Assembly (NCBI GenBank): GCA_963749705.1
Contig: CAVVNQ010000004.1
Coordinates: 86,454 to 150,453, forward strand
Length of the DNA: 64,000 nt
Source: an uncultured Chloroflexia bacterium
GTDB lineage: Bacteria > Chloroflexota > Limnocylindria > Limnocylindrales > CSP1-4
Direction of reading: 5' to 3'
Part shown: positions 19,999 to 31,222 of the stretch, piece after piece
How positions within the stretch are numbered: the first letter of the stretch is position 1
Layout: each line of letters starts with the position of its first letter
Notes under the pieces: generated by a model
Told to the model about the DNA's origin: nothing
The model's database searches: none
The model's input: the letters and a program-made list of their open reading frames with translations, nothing else
Position numbers and translations under genes: made by a program

Positions 19999-21369
19999 AT
20001 GGCTGATCACGACGGCCACCTTTCCGTCACGCGCCGCCAGGTGCTCAAGGGAGGCGCTGCTGTCGCGGCGCTGGGCGGAGTCTCCGCCTTCCTCGCGGCC
20101 TGCGGCTCCGCGGGCGCGACCACGGCGCCCCCGGCCTCGTCAACCGCACCGGCTGCGTCTGCTGCCCCGCCCGAGTCCATGGCCCCGGTCACGGGCAGCC
20201 TGACGTTCGGGTCGAACTACTCCGACCAGGTCCCCAAGGACGCGATGCAGGCCGTCGTCGACGCCTTCACCGCGAAGACGAGCATCACCGTCAACGTCAA
20301 CACGGTCGAGCACGGCAAGTTCCAGGACACGATCAACGCGTACCTGCAGGCGACACCGGACGATGCGTTCACCTGGTTCGCCGGCTACCGGATGCAGTTC
20401 TTCGCCGCCCAGGGCCTGGCCCTCGATATCAGCGACGTCTGGAGTCAGGTCGGCTCGAACTTCACCGACCCCATCAAGGCCGCCTCGACCGGCGCCGACG
20501 GCAAGCAGTACTTCGTCCCGTTCTACAACTACCCGTGGGGCGTCGCGTACCGGAAGAGCTTCTTCACCGAGAAGGGCTACACGGTCCCCAAGACACTCAG
20601 CGAGTTCACGGCGCTTGGCGACAAGATGAAGGCCGATGGGCTCATCCCGCTCGCGTTCGGCGATAAGGACGGCTGGCCCGCGATGGGCACGTTCGACATC
20701 CTCAACATGCGGATGAACGGCTACGACTACCACATCGGGCTCATGGCCGGCAAGGAGAAGTGGACGGACGCGAAGACCAAGGCCGTGTTCCAGAAGTGGG
20801 CGGAGCTGCTCCCCTACTTCGATCCGCAACCGTTGGGCAAGACCTGGCAGGAGGCCTGCCAGGACATGCTCAGCAATAAGGCCGGCATGTACTTCCTCGG
20901 CACCTTCCTGGGCGAGCAGGCAACCGACCCGGCTGTCCATGACGATCTGGACATGTTCCCGTTCCCGGTCTTCGGGAACGAGTACGACAGCGAGATGGCG
21001 ATCGACGCCCCGATCGACGGGTTCATGGTGGCCGCGAAGGCGGTCAACGTGGACCAGGCGAAGGCGTTCCTGGAGTACCTGGCGACCGGCGAGGCCGAGG
21101 GCATCTTCCTCAAGTCGAGCCCCAACAACGTGTTTGTCGGCAAGGACGGCGACACGAGCACCTACACGGCGTGGCAGACGACGGCGGCTGGGATCCTCGC
21201 CGGATCCAACAAGCTCGCCCAGTTCATGGACCGGGACACCAGGCCGGACTTCGCGGGCGCGAACGGGATGCAGGGGTTCATCCAGAACTTCCTGGGCGAC
21301 CCGTCGCAGGACCTGGACAAGTTCCTGTCCGGCATCCAGGACTTCTACGACAGCCTGCCGCCGCAGTGA
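19999..21369 (+). CDS. Sugar ABC transporter substrate-binding lipoprotein (family 1 SBP; TAT signal)
   Basis: TRRQVLKG twin-arginine motif and LAACG lipobox; GGAGGAGG ribosome-binding site; extracellular solute-binding fold similarity. Confidence 0.8.
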   Translation: MADHDGHLSVTRRQVLKGGAAVAALGGVSAFLAACGSAGATTAPPASSTAPAASAAPPESMAPVTGSLTFGSNYSDQVPKDAMQAVVDAFTAKTSITVNVNTVEHGKFQDTINAYLQATPDDAFTWFAGYRMQFFAAQGLALDISDVWSQVGSNFTDPIKAASTGADGKQYFVPFYNYPWGVAYRKSFFTEKGYTVPKTLSEFTALGDKMKADGLIPLAFGDKDGWPAMGTFDILNMRMNGYDYHIGLMAGKEKWTDAKTKAVFQKWAELLPYFDPQPLGKTWQEACQDMLSNKAGMYFLGTFLGEQATDPAVHDDLDMFPFPVFGNEYDSEMAIDAPIDGFMVAAKAVNVDQAKAFLEYLATGEAEGIFLKSSPNNVFVGKDGDTSTYTAWQTTAAGILAGSNKLAQFMDRDTRPDFAGANGMQGFIQNFLGDPSQDLDKFLSGIQDFYDSLPPQ

Positions 21370-21400
21370 TCACCAGCTGAGGCCAACGAACGAGCGCCCC

Positions 21401-22411
21401 ATGACGCAGTCCGTTCCGCAGAGCGCCCCGCCGGCCAGCACCGGCGGGGCGTCCCTGTCCCAGGGCCCATCGGCCACGGGTCCGCGTCGCTCACGGCGGC
21501 GGTTCAGCCTGCTCACGCGTCGCGACAAGGTGACCCTGGCGCTCATGGTCGGGATCCCGGCCTTCATCCACATCTTCCTGATCTGGCTGCCGACCCTGGG
21601 CTCGATCATCCTGTCATTCACCGACTGGAACGGCATCGGCGGGCTGGACAAGATCAAGTTCGTCGGGCTCAAGAACTACGACACTCTGGTCAACCTCTAC
21701 CAGCCGTTCTGGCCTGCGCTCCAGAACAACATCATCTGGCTGGTGGTGTTCCTGTTCATCGCCACGCCGCTGGGCATGCTGATGGCCGTGATCCTGGACC
21801 AGAACATCCGGGGCACCCGGATCTACCAGAGCGTGCTGTACATGCCGGTCGTGCTGTCACTGGCGATCGTCGGCTTCATCTGGGAGCTGATCTACTCCCC
21901 CGGCCAGGGGTTCATCAACAACATGCTGGTCCTGGTCACCGGCGACCAGCGGTGGGTCACATCGGGCACCACGATCGACTGGCTGGGGACCCGCGGGCTC
22001 AACTTCGCCGCCGTGATGGTCGCCGCCAGCTGGCGCCACGTCGGCTACATCATGGTCCTCTACCTGGCGGGGCTGAAGAGCGTGGACAACACACTCCGGG
22101 AGGCGGCCTCGATCGACGGTGCGAACGCCCGCCAGACGTTCTTCCGGGTGGTGTTCCCGGTCCTCGCGCCGATCAACGTCGTGGTCCTGGTGGTGACCGT
22201 GATCGAGTCGCTGCGCGCGTTCGACATCGTGTACATCATCAACAAGGGCCTCAACGGCCTCGGTCTGCTGTCGGTCCTGATCACCACGAACCTGCTGGGT
22301 GAGGCGAGCCTGGTCGGGTTCGGGTCCGCGATCGCGGTGATCCTGCTGCTGATCTCGATCGGCCCGATCAGCTTCTACCTGTACCGGGTGCTGCGCGAGG
22401 AGCCGGCGTGA
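21401..22411 (+). CDS. Sugar ABC transporter permease (MalF/UgpA-type)
   Basis: Six-transmembrane MalF-like permease with an EAA-type loop region. Confidence 0.85.
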   Translation: MTQSVPQSAPPASTGGASLSQGPSATGPRRSRRRFSLLTRRDKVTLALMVGIPAFIHIFLIWLPTLGSIILSFTDWNGIGGLDKIKFVGLKNYDTLVNLYQPFWPALQNNIIWLVVFLFIATPLGMLMAVILDQNIRGTRIYQSVLYMPVVLSLAIVGFIWELIYSPGQGFINNMLVLVTGDQRWVTSGTTIDWLGTRGLNFAAVMVAASWRHVGYIMVLYLAGLKSVDNTLREAASIDGANARQTFFRVVFPVLAPINVVVLVVTVIESLRAFDIVYIINKGLNGLGLLSVLITTNLLGEASLVGFGSAIAVILLLISIGPISFYLYRVLREEPA

Positions 22412-23310
22412 CCGCGGCCACGCTCCCGCACGCCCAGGCCACCGTCGCCAGGAAGAAGGGGCGTCGGCCGAAGTACGGCACCCACGCGTTCCTGATCGCG
22501 ATGTGCGTGCTGTGGATCTTCCCGCTCGCGTGGACGATCTACACCGCGTTCCGGCCCTACGGCGAGACGGCCCGGCTGGGCTACGTGTCGGTCGGCGGTG
22601 CCTACAACCTCGACAACTTCTTCAACGCCGCCAAGGGGATGGACCTGTGGCTGCACCTGTTCGACACGCTGATCGTGGTCGTGCCGGCGATGATCCTGGT
22701 CCTGTTCTTCGCGTCCATGATCGCGTTCGCGGTGTCGCGCTACAGCTTCCGGTTCAACGTCGCGATGCTGATGCTGTTCACGGCCGGCAACCTGCTGCCC
22801 CAGCAGGTCGTGATCACCCCGCTGTACCGGATGTACCTCGCGCTGCCGCTGTTCTCGCCGCTGGCCGACCGCGGGATCTGGTACGACACGTTCTTCGGGA
22901 TGATCGCGATCCATATTGCGTTCCAGCTCGGGTTCTGCACGTTCGTGCTGTCCAACTACTTCAAGCAGGTTCCCAAGGAGATCAACGAGGCGGCAGTGAT
23001 GGACGGGGCGTCCGTGTGGAAGACCTACTGGTCCGTGCTCCTGCCGCTCACCCGCCCGGCGCTGGCGGCGCTTGCCACGCTCGAGTTCACATGGATCTAC
23101 AACGACTTCTTCTGGGGCCTCCTGCTCATGCGGACGGGCGCCAAGTTCCCGATCACCCCGGCCCTCAGCCAGCTGTCGGGCCAGTTCTTCACCGACAACA
23201 ACCTGCTCGCGGCGGGGGCGCTTCTCGTTGCGTTGCCGACGCTGATCGTGTACTTCGCGCTCCAGAAGCACTTCGTCGCCGGCCTGACCCTGGGCTCGAC
23301 CAAGGGCTGA
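22408..23310 (+). CDS. Sugar ABC transporter permease (MalG/UgpE-type)
   Basis: ATGA overlap with the upstream permease; EAA loop EAAVMDGASVWKTYWSVLLPL. Confidence 0.85.
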   Translation: MTAATLPHAQATVARKKGRRPKYGTHAFLIAMCVLWIFPLAWTIYTAFRPYGETARLGYVSVGGAYNLDNFFNAAKGMDLWLHLFDTLIVVVPAMILVLFFASMIAFAVSRYSFRFNVAMLMLFTAGNLLPQQVVITPLYRMYLALPLFSPLADRGIWYDTFFGMIAIHIAFQLGFCTFVLSNYFKQVPKEINEAAVMDGASVWKTYWSVLLPLTRPALAALATLEFTWIYNDFFWGLLLMRTGAKFPITPALSQLSGQFFTDNNLLAAGALLVALPTLIVYFALQKHFVAGLTLGSTKG

Positions 23311-23356
23311 CATGCGACCCCCGGCCACCTGGGCCGGGTCGAGGAGGAACCGCACG

Positions 23357-26300
23357 ATGTCGCCCGCGCCGTGGGCCGACCCGGAGCTGACCGGCCGTGG
23401 CCGGCTGCCGATGCATGCCGTCCCCCACCTCGACCGGCTCGAGCTCGACGGGACCTGGCGGTTCCAGCTGCTCCACCGGCCGGACGATCCGGTCGGCGAC
23501 GGCGACTCCTGGCGCGAGATCGACGTCCCGGGTTGCTGGACGATGCAGGACACCTGGGATGGCCCGATCTACACCAACGTCCAGATGCCGTTCCCCGACC
23601 GGCCGCCGGCCACGCCCGAGGAGAACCCGACGGGCGTCTACGAGCGCTCGTTCGAGGTGCCGGCCGCGTGGGCGGACCGTCGGATCGTGCTCCACGTCGG
23701 AGCTGCAGAGAGCGTGCTCGTCGCGCAGCTCAACGGCGTCGAGGTGGGCATCAGCAAGGACTCGCACCTGGCCGCCGAGTTCGAGATCAGCGGCCTGGCT
23801 GCGACCGGGCGCCAACGACCTGCGGCTGACCGTCGTCAAGTGGTCCGACGCGTCGTTCATCGAGGACCAGGACCAGTGGTGGCACGGCGGGATCACCCGC
23901 TCTGTGTTCCTGTACGCGACCGGTCCGGTGCATCTGGCCGATCTCCGAATCGACACCGGGCTGGACCCGGATCTCGCGACCGGGACGCTGGAGCTCGAGG
24001 TCGCGCTGGGCTGGCCCGATGGCTCGGCGCTGGAGCCCGGCTGGCTGGTGGAGGCCGCGATCGAGGGCGTCGCGGCGCCGCTGGTCGCGGTCGTGCCGGA
24101 CGCACCCACGGCCGATCGCGGTCCGGGCGCGTTCGTGGTGCCGGGGCCGCCCCGGCGCGGGATCCTCGACCTCCAAAGCCTCAACGCATCGGGCACGCTC
24201 ACCGACCCGGAGGACCAGGCGCGATGGCGGGAGGCGGAAGCGGTGGTCCGGCCGCCCCGCGTCGGCCGCGCACGGCTCGGCGCCCGGATCGACGGCGTGA
24301 CGCCGTGGTCCGCGGAGGTGCCCGCGCTGCGGACGCTGAGCGTCGTACTCCGCGCGCCGGACGGCAAGGTCACGGAGCGGATCGAGCGCCCGATCGGCTT
24401 CCGGCGGATCGAGGTTCGCGGTGTCGAACTGCTGGTCAACGGGCGGGCCGTGCTCATCCGCGGCGTCAACCGCCACGACTTCGACCGCCGGACCGGAAGG
24501 GTGGTGTCGGCCGAGGACATGCTCGCCGATGTGATCGCGATGAAGCGGTGGGGCTTCAACGCGCTGCGCACCTCGCATTACCCCAACGACCCGTACCTGC
24601 TCGACGTGTGCGACGAGCTGGGGCTGTACGTCATCGACGAGGCGGACATCGAGTCCCACGGCTGGTACGACGACGTGTGCCACGACCCTCGCTACCGGGC
24701 GGCGTTCGTGGACCGGGTCGCGCGGATGATCGAACGCGACCGGCACCACCCCTCGATCATCTCCTGGTCGCTGGGCAACGAATCGGGCTACGGCGCCAAC
24801 CATGACGCGGCCGCCGGCTGGGCGCGTAGGGCGGACCCCTCGCGGCCGCTCCACTACGAGGGCGCGATCCGGTTCGACTGGACCAGCGCCCAGACGGCGA
24901 GCGACCTCACCTGCCCGATGTACCCGCCCATCTCGGCGATCGTCGCGCACGCCCGGTCAGGCCTCCAGCGGCACCCGCTGATCATGTGCGAGTTCAGCCA
25001 CGCGATGGGCAACAGCAACGGCACGCTGGCCGAGCACTGGGACGCGATCGAGGCCACGCCCGGGCTCCAGGGCGGGTTCATCTGGGAGTGGCGCGACCAC
25101 GGCCTCGACCAGCTGCTGCCCGACGGGACGGTGCGCGCCGCCTACGGCGGCGACTTCGGCGACGTGCCCAACGACGGGACGTTCGTGCTCGACGGGATGG
25201 TGTTCCCGGACCGGCGGCCAAAGCCCGCGATGTTCGAGCACATGCACCTCGCGTCTCCGGTCCGGGCCGCGACCGACGACACCGCCATCGCCGCCGCGCG
25301 CGAGGGACGAGCCGCCCTCGAGAACCGGGGCGAGTTCCGCGACAACGGCTGGCTGCGCGCCACCTGGGAGGTGACCGTCGACGGCGAGCCGGTCACCGGC
25401 GGCGACCTGCCGCTGCCCTCGATCGCCCCGGGTGACCGGGCCGAGGTGACCATCCCCGGCTGGCGCCTGCCACCGGAGGGCGGCGAACGCTGGCTCACCC
25501 TGCGGTTCCTGACCGCCGACGCCACCGGATGGGCGCCGGCGGGCCACGAGATGGGCTGGGCACAGGTGCCGCTCGATGCGGCAACCGGGCCCGGCGCCGC
25601 CGCCTCGACGGCGGCGGGCTGGACCGGCGGCGTCGTCCTGAACGAAGCGGGGCAGCTCCTCCTCCCCGCGTTCGCGGCGCCGCCGGCCCTGTCCCTGTGG
25701 CGGGCGCCCACCGACAACGACCGGATCGGCGGCATGGCGCAGCGCTGGGCCGGCTGGGGACTGGCGAGCCTGACCCGTCGCCTGGAGAGCATCGAGCGCG
25801 CGGCCGATGCGGTGACGGTCCGGTCGACGTGGACGACCGGGACCGGGATCGAGCTGGCGCACGTCCAGCGGATGGCGGTCGCGCCCGACGGCCGGATCCG
25901 TGTCGATGAGGCGGTCGAGGTGCCGGCGATCCTCGACGACCTGCCGCGGGTGGGGACCGTGCTCGAGCTGGCCGCCGGCCACGAGGACCTCGAATGGTTC
26001 GGTCGCGGGCCGCACGAGACGTACCCCGACCGCCGGCGCGGCGGGCAGGTCGGCCGATGGCGGTCGACGGTGACGGACGCGGCGACGCGCTACCTGCGGC
26101 CGCAGGAGAACGGCGGGCACGCCGACACGCGCTGGCTGCGCATCTCCGGACGCGGCGCCGGGGTCCGGCTCGACCTCGACCGGCCGCGCCAGGTCTCGGT
26201 CACGCACCTGCGGGCGGTCGACCTCGACGCGGCGGCCCATGACGACGAGCTGCGACCGTGCCCCGAGACGATCGTCCATCTCGATGCCGCGCATCGTGGC

Positions 26301-26405
26301 GTGGGCACCGCCAGCTGCGGGCCGGATACCCTCGAGCCGTACGTCCTGCGCCCGGGCACGTACCGCTGGGCGTGGACGATCTCGACGGAGACCACCCCCG
26401 CATGA
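23357..26405 (+). CDS. lacZ: Beta-galactosidase (GH2, LacZ-like); apparent single-base insertion frameshift near 23790-23805
   Basis: N-terminal part (IYTNVQMPFP, ENPTGVYER) in one frame; remainder (WSLGNESGYG, MCEFSHAMGNSNG, AYGGDFGDVPNDGTFVLDGMVFPDRRPKP) in the +1 frame. The junction EISGL/RPGANDLRLTVVKWSD matches E. coli [21 protein letters not shown]. Confidence 0.8.
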
Positions 26406-26418
26406 GGATCCGCCCGAC

Positions 26419-28665
26419 ATGACGATCCACTGGGACGAGGACGCTCGCGAATGGCACCTCGCGAACGGCCGGATCAGCTATGCGCTGCGGGTGCTCGAGA
26501 ACGGCTGGCTCGGCCATCTCCACGCGGGTGCGCCGCTGGCGGCCGGTGGCTCGCTGCGCCACCTCGGCCCCGACGCGTTCAGCGGGTTCTCGAACCGCGT
26601 CGGTGAGCCCGTCGCGCTCGAGGTCCCGGTCCCGGGCGTCGGCGACTGGCGGATCCCGGCGCTCGTCGTCGAGGCTGCGGACGGCTCGACCGTCCTCGAC
26701 CTCCGCTACGCGGGCCATCGGATCCTGGCCGGCAAGCCGGACCTCCAGGGCCTGCCGTCGACGTACGTCGAAGATCCTGCCGAGGCGGAGACGCTCGAGA
26801 TCGACCTCGACGACGCGCCCACCGGGCTGCGTGTCACGCTCCGCCTCACGCTGTTCGCGGACCGGCCGATCGTGGCGCGCTCGATGATGCTGGCCAATCG
26901 CGGCGCGGCGGCGCTGACCGTGCGCTGCGCGATGAGCGCGTCGCTGGACCTGCCCGACGCCGACTGGGCCCTGATGACGCTCAGCGGCGCCTGGGCACGC
27001 GAGCGTCACGTCCAGGACCGTCCGCTGGTTCCCGGCCGGCAGTCGGTGGGCAGCGCGCGGGGAGCGTCGGGCCTGGAGCACAACCCGTTCCTCGCCCTGC
27101 GCCGGGCGCACACGACCGAGGACACCGGCGAGGCACTCGGCCTGAGCCTTGTCTACTCGGGCAGCTTCCTGGCCGAGGCGGAGGTGGAGCCGCTGCGGAC
27201 GGCGCGGCTGCGGATCGGCATCAACCCGGAGACGTTCGCCTGGCGGCTCGAGCCAGATGCCGCGTTCACCACGCCGGAAGCCGTCCTCGCCTGGTCCGGC
27301 GAGGGCCTCGGCGGCCTCAGCGAGGCGTTCCACGGCCTGTACGGATCCCGGCTCGTCCGCGGCCCGTGGCGCGACCGGCCCCGGCCGGTGGTGCTCAACA
27401 ACTGGGAGGGCACGTTCTTCGACTTCGACCACGACCGGCTGGTCGCCATGGCCACCAAGGCCCGGGAGCTGGGCGTCGAGCTGTTCGTGCTCGACGACGG
27501 CTGGTTCGGCCACCGCAACAACGACGACTCGTCGCTGGGCGACTGGATCGTCGACCGGCGCAAGCTGCCCGGCGGGCTCGAGGCGCTCGCGCGCGACCTC
27601 CACGGGCTCGGGCTGCGCTTCGGCCTGTGGATCGAGCCCGAGATGGTCAACCCCGACAGCGACCTGTACCGCGCGCATCCCGACTGGGCGATCGGTGTGC
27701 CCGGCCGGCCGCACACCGAGAGCCGCCAGCAGCTCGTCCTCGACCTGTCGCGACCCGAGGTCGTCGACCACCTGGCCGACGCGCTGATCGCGGTCCTCTC
27801 GAGCGCGCCGATCGACTACGTCAAGTGGGACATGAACCGCAACATCACCGAGCCATGGACGCCGTCGCTGCCCGCCGACCGCCAGGGCGAGCTGCTCCAC
27901 CGCTACATCCTCGGCGTGTACGAGCTGTACCGACGGCTGGTCGAGCGGTTCCCGGACATCCTGTTCGAGTCGTGCGCCAGCGGCGGTGGGCGCTTCGACC
28001 CCGGCATGCTGGCCTACGCCCCGCAGACCTGGACCAGCGACGACACGGATGCGGTCGAGCGGCTCCGGATCCAGTGGGGCACGTCGCTCGTGTACCCGGT
28101 GTCGTCGATGGCGGCCCACGTGTCCGCCGTGCCCAACCATCAGACGGGCCGGATCGTCCCGATCTCGACCCGCGCCGCGGTCGCGATGTTCGGCGTGTTC
28201 GGGTACGAGCTGGATCCGACCGCGATGAGCGCGGCCGAGCACGATGCGGTCCGAACGCAGATCGCCTGGTACGTCGAGCGCCGCGAGCTCCTCCAGCACG
28301 GACGGTTCCTGCGGCTCCGGAGCCCGTTCGAGGGCGACGGCAACGAGACGGCCTGGATGGTGGTCGATGGTGACGGGGGCCACGCGATCGTCGCCCACTA
28401 CCGAGTCCTGTCCCACCCGCTGCCCGTGCGCAACCGGCTTCGGCTGCGCGGCCTCGATCCGGCCGCCCGGTACCGGGTCAGGGCATGGTCGGACAGCCTC
28501 GGGGCTCCTGACGGGGTGATGGACCGGGCCGGAGACGAGCTGATGGCCGTGGGGCTGGCGATCGAGCCCCGCGAGCCGCAGGCCGCGGGGGTCCGGATGC
28601 ACGACGGGGAGCGCGTGATCCGGGGCGACTTCGAGGCGCGACTGTTCGAGCTCGATCGAGCCTGA
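26419..28665 (+). CDS. Alpha-galactosidase (GH36)
   Basis: GH36 signature KWDMNRNITEP, catalytic region CASGGGRFD; about 750 aa as is typical of AgaA/MelA. Confidence 0.85.
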   Translation: MTIHWDEDAREWHLANGRISYALRVLENGWLGHLHAGAPLAAGGSLRHLGPDAFSGFSNRVGEPVALEVPVPGVGDWRIPALVVEAADGSTVLDLRYAGHRILAGKPDLQGLPSTYVEDPAEAETLEIDLDDAPTGLRVTLRLTLFADRPIVARSMMLANRGAAALTVRCAMSASLDLPDADWALMTLSGAWARERHVQDRPLVPGRQSVGSARGASGLEHNPFLALRRAHTTEDTGEALGLSLVYSGSFLAEAEVEPLRTARLRIGINPETFAWRLEPDAAFTTPEAVLAWSGEGLGGLSEAFHGLYGSRLVRGPWRDRPRPVVLNNWEGTFFDFDHDRLVAMATKARELGVELFVLDDGWFGHRNNDDSSLGDWIVDRRKLPGGLEALARDLHGLGLRFGLWIEPEMVNPDSDLYRAHPDWAIGVPGRPHTESRQQLVLDLSRPEVVDHLADALIAVLSSAPIDYVKWDMNRNITEPWTPSLPADRQGELLHRYILGVYELYRRLVERFPDILFESCASGGGRFDPGMLAYAPQTWTSDDTDAVERLRIQWGTSLVYPVSSMAAHVSAVPNHQTGRIVPISTRAAVAMFGVFGYELDPTAMSAAEHDAVRTQIAWYVERRELLQHGRFLRLRSPFEGDGNETAWMVVDGDGGHAIVAHYRVLSHPLPVRNRLRLRGLDPAARYRVRAWSDSLGAPDGVMDRAGDELMAVGLAIEPREPQAAGVRMHDGERVIRGDFEARLFELDRA

Positions 28666-28668
28666 GGG

Positions 28669-29937
28669 TCAGCCGCCGCAGCCTTCTCCGGCCACGACGG
28701 GCGGGACCGCCGGGCCCAGCGTGAACCCCTCGCCCAGCGCCGCGAGGAAGGCGGCTCGGAGCGTCGGATCGGCCGCGATCCGCCAGTCCACGACCGCGTC
28801 GACCTCGGCTTCCGTCTTGCGCCACTCGAACCAGTTGACCATCCGGAGCCACGGGAAGCGGACCGATGCCTGCGTCCCGAACACCTGACCAAGCCACGCA
28901 CGCTTGATCTCCGACTCCCCCGCCCCACCCGCGCCGGGACGGTAGAACGCGGCGGTCTCGACGATCGCCAGCGGCTTCGAGAACCGCTCCGCGTAGCCGG
29001 TGTAGAAGTCCGGAACCGACGCCGACCCCGTCATCAGGCCCACGAACGCACCGTCAGGCGGGAGCTCGTTCTCGCCCCACGGATACGCCAGACCCCAGAA
29101 GTACAGGCTCATGCCGACCCAGTCCACGTACCCGGGTCCCGGCCAGTACGGCGCGTACGGATCGTCGGTCGCGTCCAGGATCCCGTCGCCGTCGGTGTCA
29201 AGGGTCGTGGCCGCCGGGCTGCCGGGCGCGGCCCCGTACCGGCCGCCGGCGTATGGGTAGCCGTCTCCCTGGTTGGGCGCCCACAGCATCGCGGACGTCG
29301 GCGAGCCGGCGTGCACCGCATCGGCGACCCGACGGAACGCCGCGACATAGGCCGCCGGATCCTGGCCCCACGGATACCAGCTGCCGTTCATCTCGTGCGC
29401 GAACCGGACGATCGTGGGCACACGTGCCGCGCCATAGCGGGCGAGCCGGGTCGCGAGATTCGCGGCGACGGCGTCGGTCACCGCGGCCAGCCCGCCCCAT
29501 GGCTCGAGCGTGACGACCAGGACGGCCCCGGCGCTCGCGGCCTGGTCCGCCGCGGCGTCGAGGTTGGCCGCGTCGCCGTCGGTGAGCGGGAACGCCACGA
29601 AGCTCACGACGTCGGCGGGTGGCCGGCCCAGCTCCGCCTCGAGCTGTGCGACGGTCTGCGACCCCCAGTCGAGGTTCATCCCCACCCAGGCGCCCGTGTC
29701 CGGCCCGTGGCGGGCAAGGGCGCCGATCGCGTCCGCCGATGACGCGCTCGATGCGCACGGGCTGGTCGCGGCCGACGGGGTGCCGGCGCTCGGGGTGCCG
29801 GCGCTCGGGGCGCTCGCCCCCGTCGATGCGGCGGGGTCGGCCGCGGGCGTCGCCGGGCCCGCGGCACACGCGGCGATGGTGACCGCGAGCACCAGGACGC
29901 GACCGGCGCGACGTACGGGAACAACGATGTGCAGCAT
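28669..29937 (-). CDS. Secreted lipoprotein glycoside hydrolase, GH26-like (mannanase-like)
   Basis: Lipobox LAVTIAAC; RFAHEMNGSWYPWG resembles the GH26 catalytic-acid region; Ser/Ala/Pro-rich linker after the signal. Confidence 0.55.
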   Translation of the reverse strand: MLHIVVPVRRAGRVLVLAVTIAACAAGPATPAADPAASTGASAPSAGTPSAGTPSAATSPCASSASSADAIGALARHGPDTGAWVGMNLDWGSQTVAQLEAELGRPPADVVSFVAFPLTDGDAANLDAAADQAASAGAVLVVTLEPWGGLAAVTDAVAANLATRLARYGAARVPTIVRFAHEMNGSWYPWGQDPAAYVAAFRRVADAVHAGSPTSAMLWAPNQGDGYPYAGGRYGAAPGSPAATTLDTDGDGILDATDDPYAPYWPGPGYVDWVGMSLYFWGLAYPWGENELPPDGAFVGLMTGSASVPDFYTGYAERFSKPLAIVETAAFYRPGAGGAGESEIKRAWLGQVFGTQASVRFPWLRMVNWFEWRKTEAEVDAVVDWRIAADPTLRAAFLAALGEGFTLGPAVPPVVAGEGCGG

Positions 29938-30015
29938 GGGATCGTTGGCCACTGTGGAAGGCGGGTGCGACGCCGTCAACGGGACGATCGTCCGGCGGAC
30001 GCCGCCAGGCTGCGA

Positions 30016-31221
30016 TCAGGCGAGCCGCCGCGCCCCCGCGTTCGCCTCGACCGGGAACACCCGCGGCACCAGCCCCGTCCGGGCCGGGTAGTCGCGCAGC
30101 ACCGCCTCGCGCAGCGCGTCCACCGCGTCCCGGCGCACGAGGTTGATCGTGCAGCCGCCGAACCCCGCCCCGGTCAGCCGGGCGCCGATCACCCCCGGCG
30201 TCGCCCGCGCGATCTCCACCAGCGCGTCGAGCTCCGGGCTGCTCACCTCGTACAGGTCGCGGAGCGACGCGTGGCTCGCGTAGAACAGGCGGCCCACGGT
30301 GTCGAGGTCGCCGGCCTCGAATGCCGCGATCGAGTCCAGCACCCGCTGGTTCTCGGCGACGATGTGCTCGGCCCGGCGGGCGGCGACCGGGGCCAGCCGG
30401 TCTCGCACCCGGTCGAGCATCGAGGGCGTGACGTCACGCAGGGCGGTCACCCCAGGCTCGACCGCGGCGATCGCCGCGACGGCCGCCTCGCACTGCGCGC
30501 GACGCTCGTTGTACGCGGATGCCTCGAGCTTGCGCGGCGATCCCGAGTGGCAGGCGACCAGCGCGACGTCGTCCAGCGGCAGCGGCACCGACCGGTGCTC
30601 GAGCGACCGGCAGTCGAGCAGGAGCGCCCGGCCCGGCTCGCCGAAGACGCACGCGAACTGATCCATGATCCCGTTGTTGAGCCCGATGTAGCCGTTCTCC
30701 GAGCGCTGGACGACATGGACCAGGCGCATCGGGTCGAGCGGCGGCCGGTCACCGCCGGACAGCGCCCAGGCGGCCACCACCTCGATCGCCGCCGACGATG
30801 ACAGCCCGGCGGCCTGCGGGAGGTCCGAGGCGAGCAACCCGCGAAACCCGCGCGGCCCGGTGCCCGCCTCGTCCAGGGCCCAGGCCATGCCGGCCACGTA
30901 GTCGAGCCACGAGTCCCGCCGCTCACCCACCGCATGGACGTCGAACCCGCCGGTCTCGCCGCTCGCCGCCAGCGTCAGCGCCACCCGGTCGTCGTCGGTG
31001 GGGACGAGGGCGATCGAGATCCCGAGGTCGATCGCGAACGGGAGCACGAACCCCTCGTTGTAGTCCGTGTGCTCGCCGATCAGGTTCACGCGCCCGGGCG
31101 CATGCACGACGCGCACGTCGTCGGGCCGAGCGGCGGCGACCGGATCGAGCCTGACCAGCGCATCGCGAAGCGCCGCAGGGTCGCGCGCGAGGGCCGCCTC
31201 CGACGCGGCATCGAGGCTCAT
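30016..31221 (-). CDS. galK: Galactokinase
   Basis: Galactokinase signature GRVNLIGEHTDYNEGFVLPFAID and GHMP kinase motif SSSAAIEVV. Confidence 0.9.
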   Translation of the reverse strand: MSLDAASEAALARDPAALRDALVRLDPVAAARPDDVRVVHAPGRVNLIGEHTDYNEGFVLPFAIDLGISIALVPTDDDRVALTLAASGETGGFDVHAVGERRDSWLDYVAGMAWALDEAGTGPRGFRGLLASDLPQAAGLSSSAAIEVVAAWALSGGDRPPLDPMRLVHVVQRSENGYIGLNNGIMDQFACVFGEPGRALLLDCRSLEHRSVPLPLDDVALVACHSGSPRKLEASAYNERRAQCEAAVAAIAAVEPGVTALRDVTPSMLDRVRDRLAPVAARRAEHIVAENQRVLDSIAAFEAGDLDTVGRLFYASHASLRDLYEVSSPELDALVEIARATPGVIGARLTGAGFGGCTINLVRRDAVDALREAVLRDYPARTGLVPRVFPVEANAGARRLA

Positions 31222-31222
31222 G

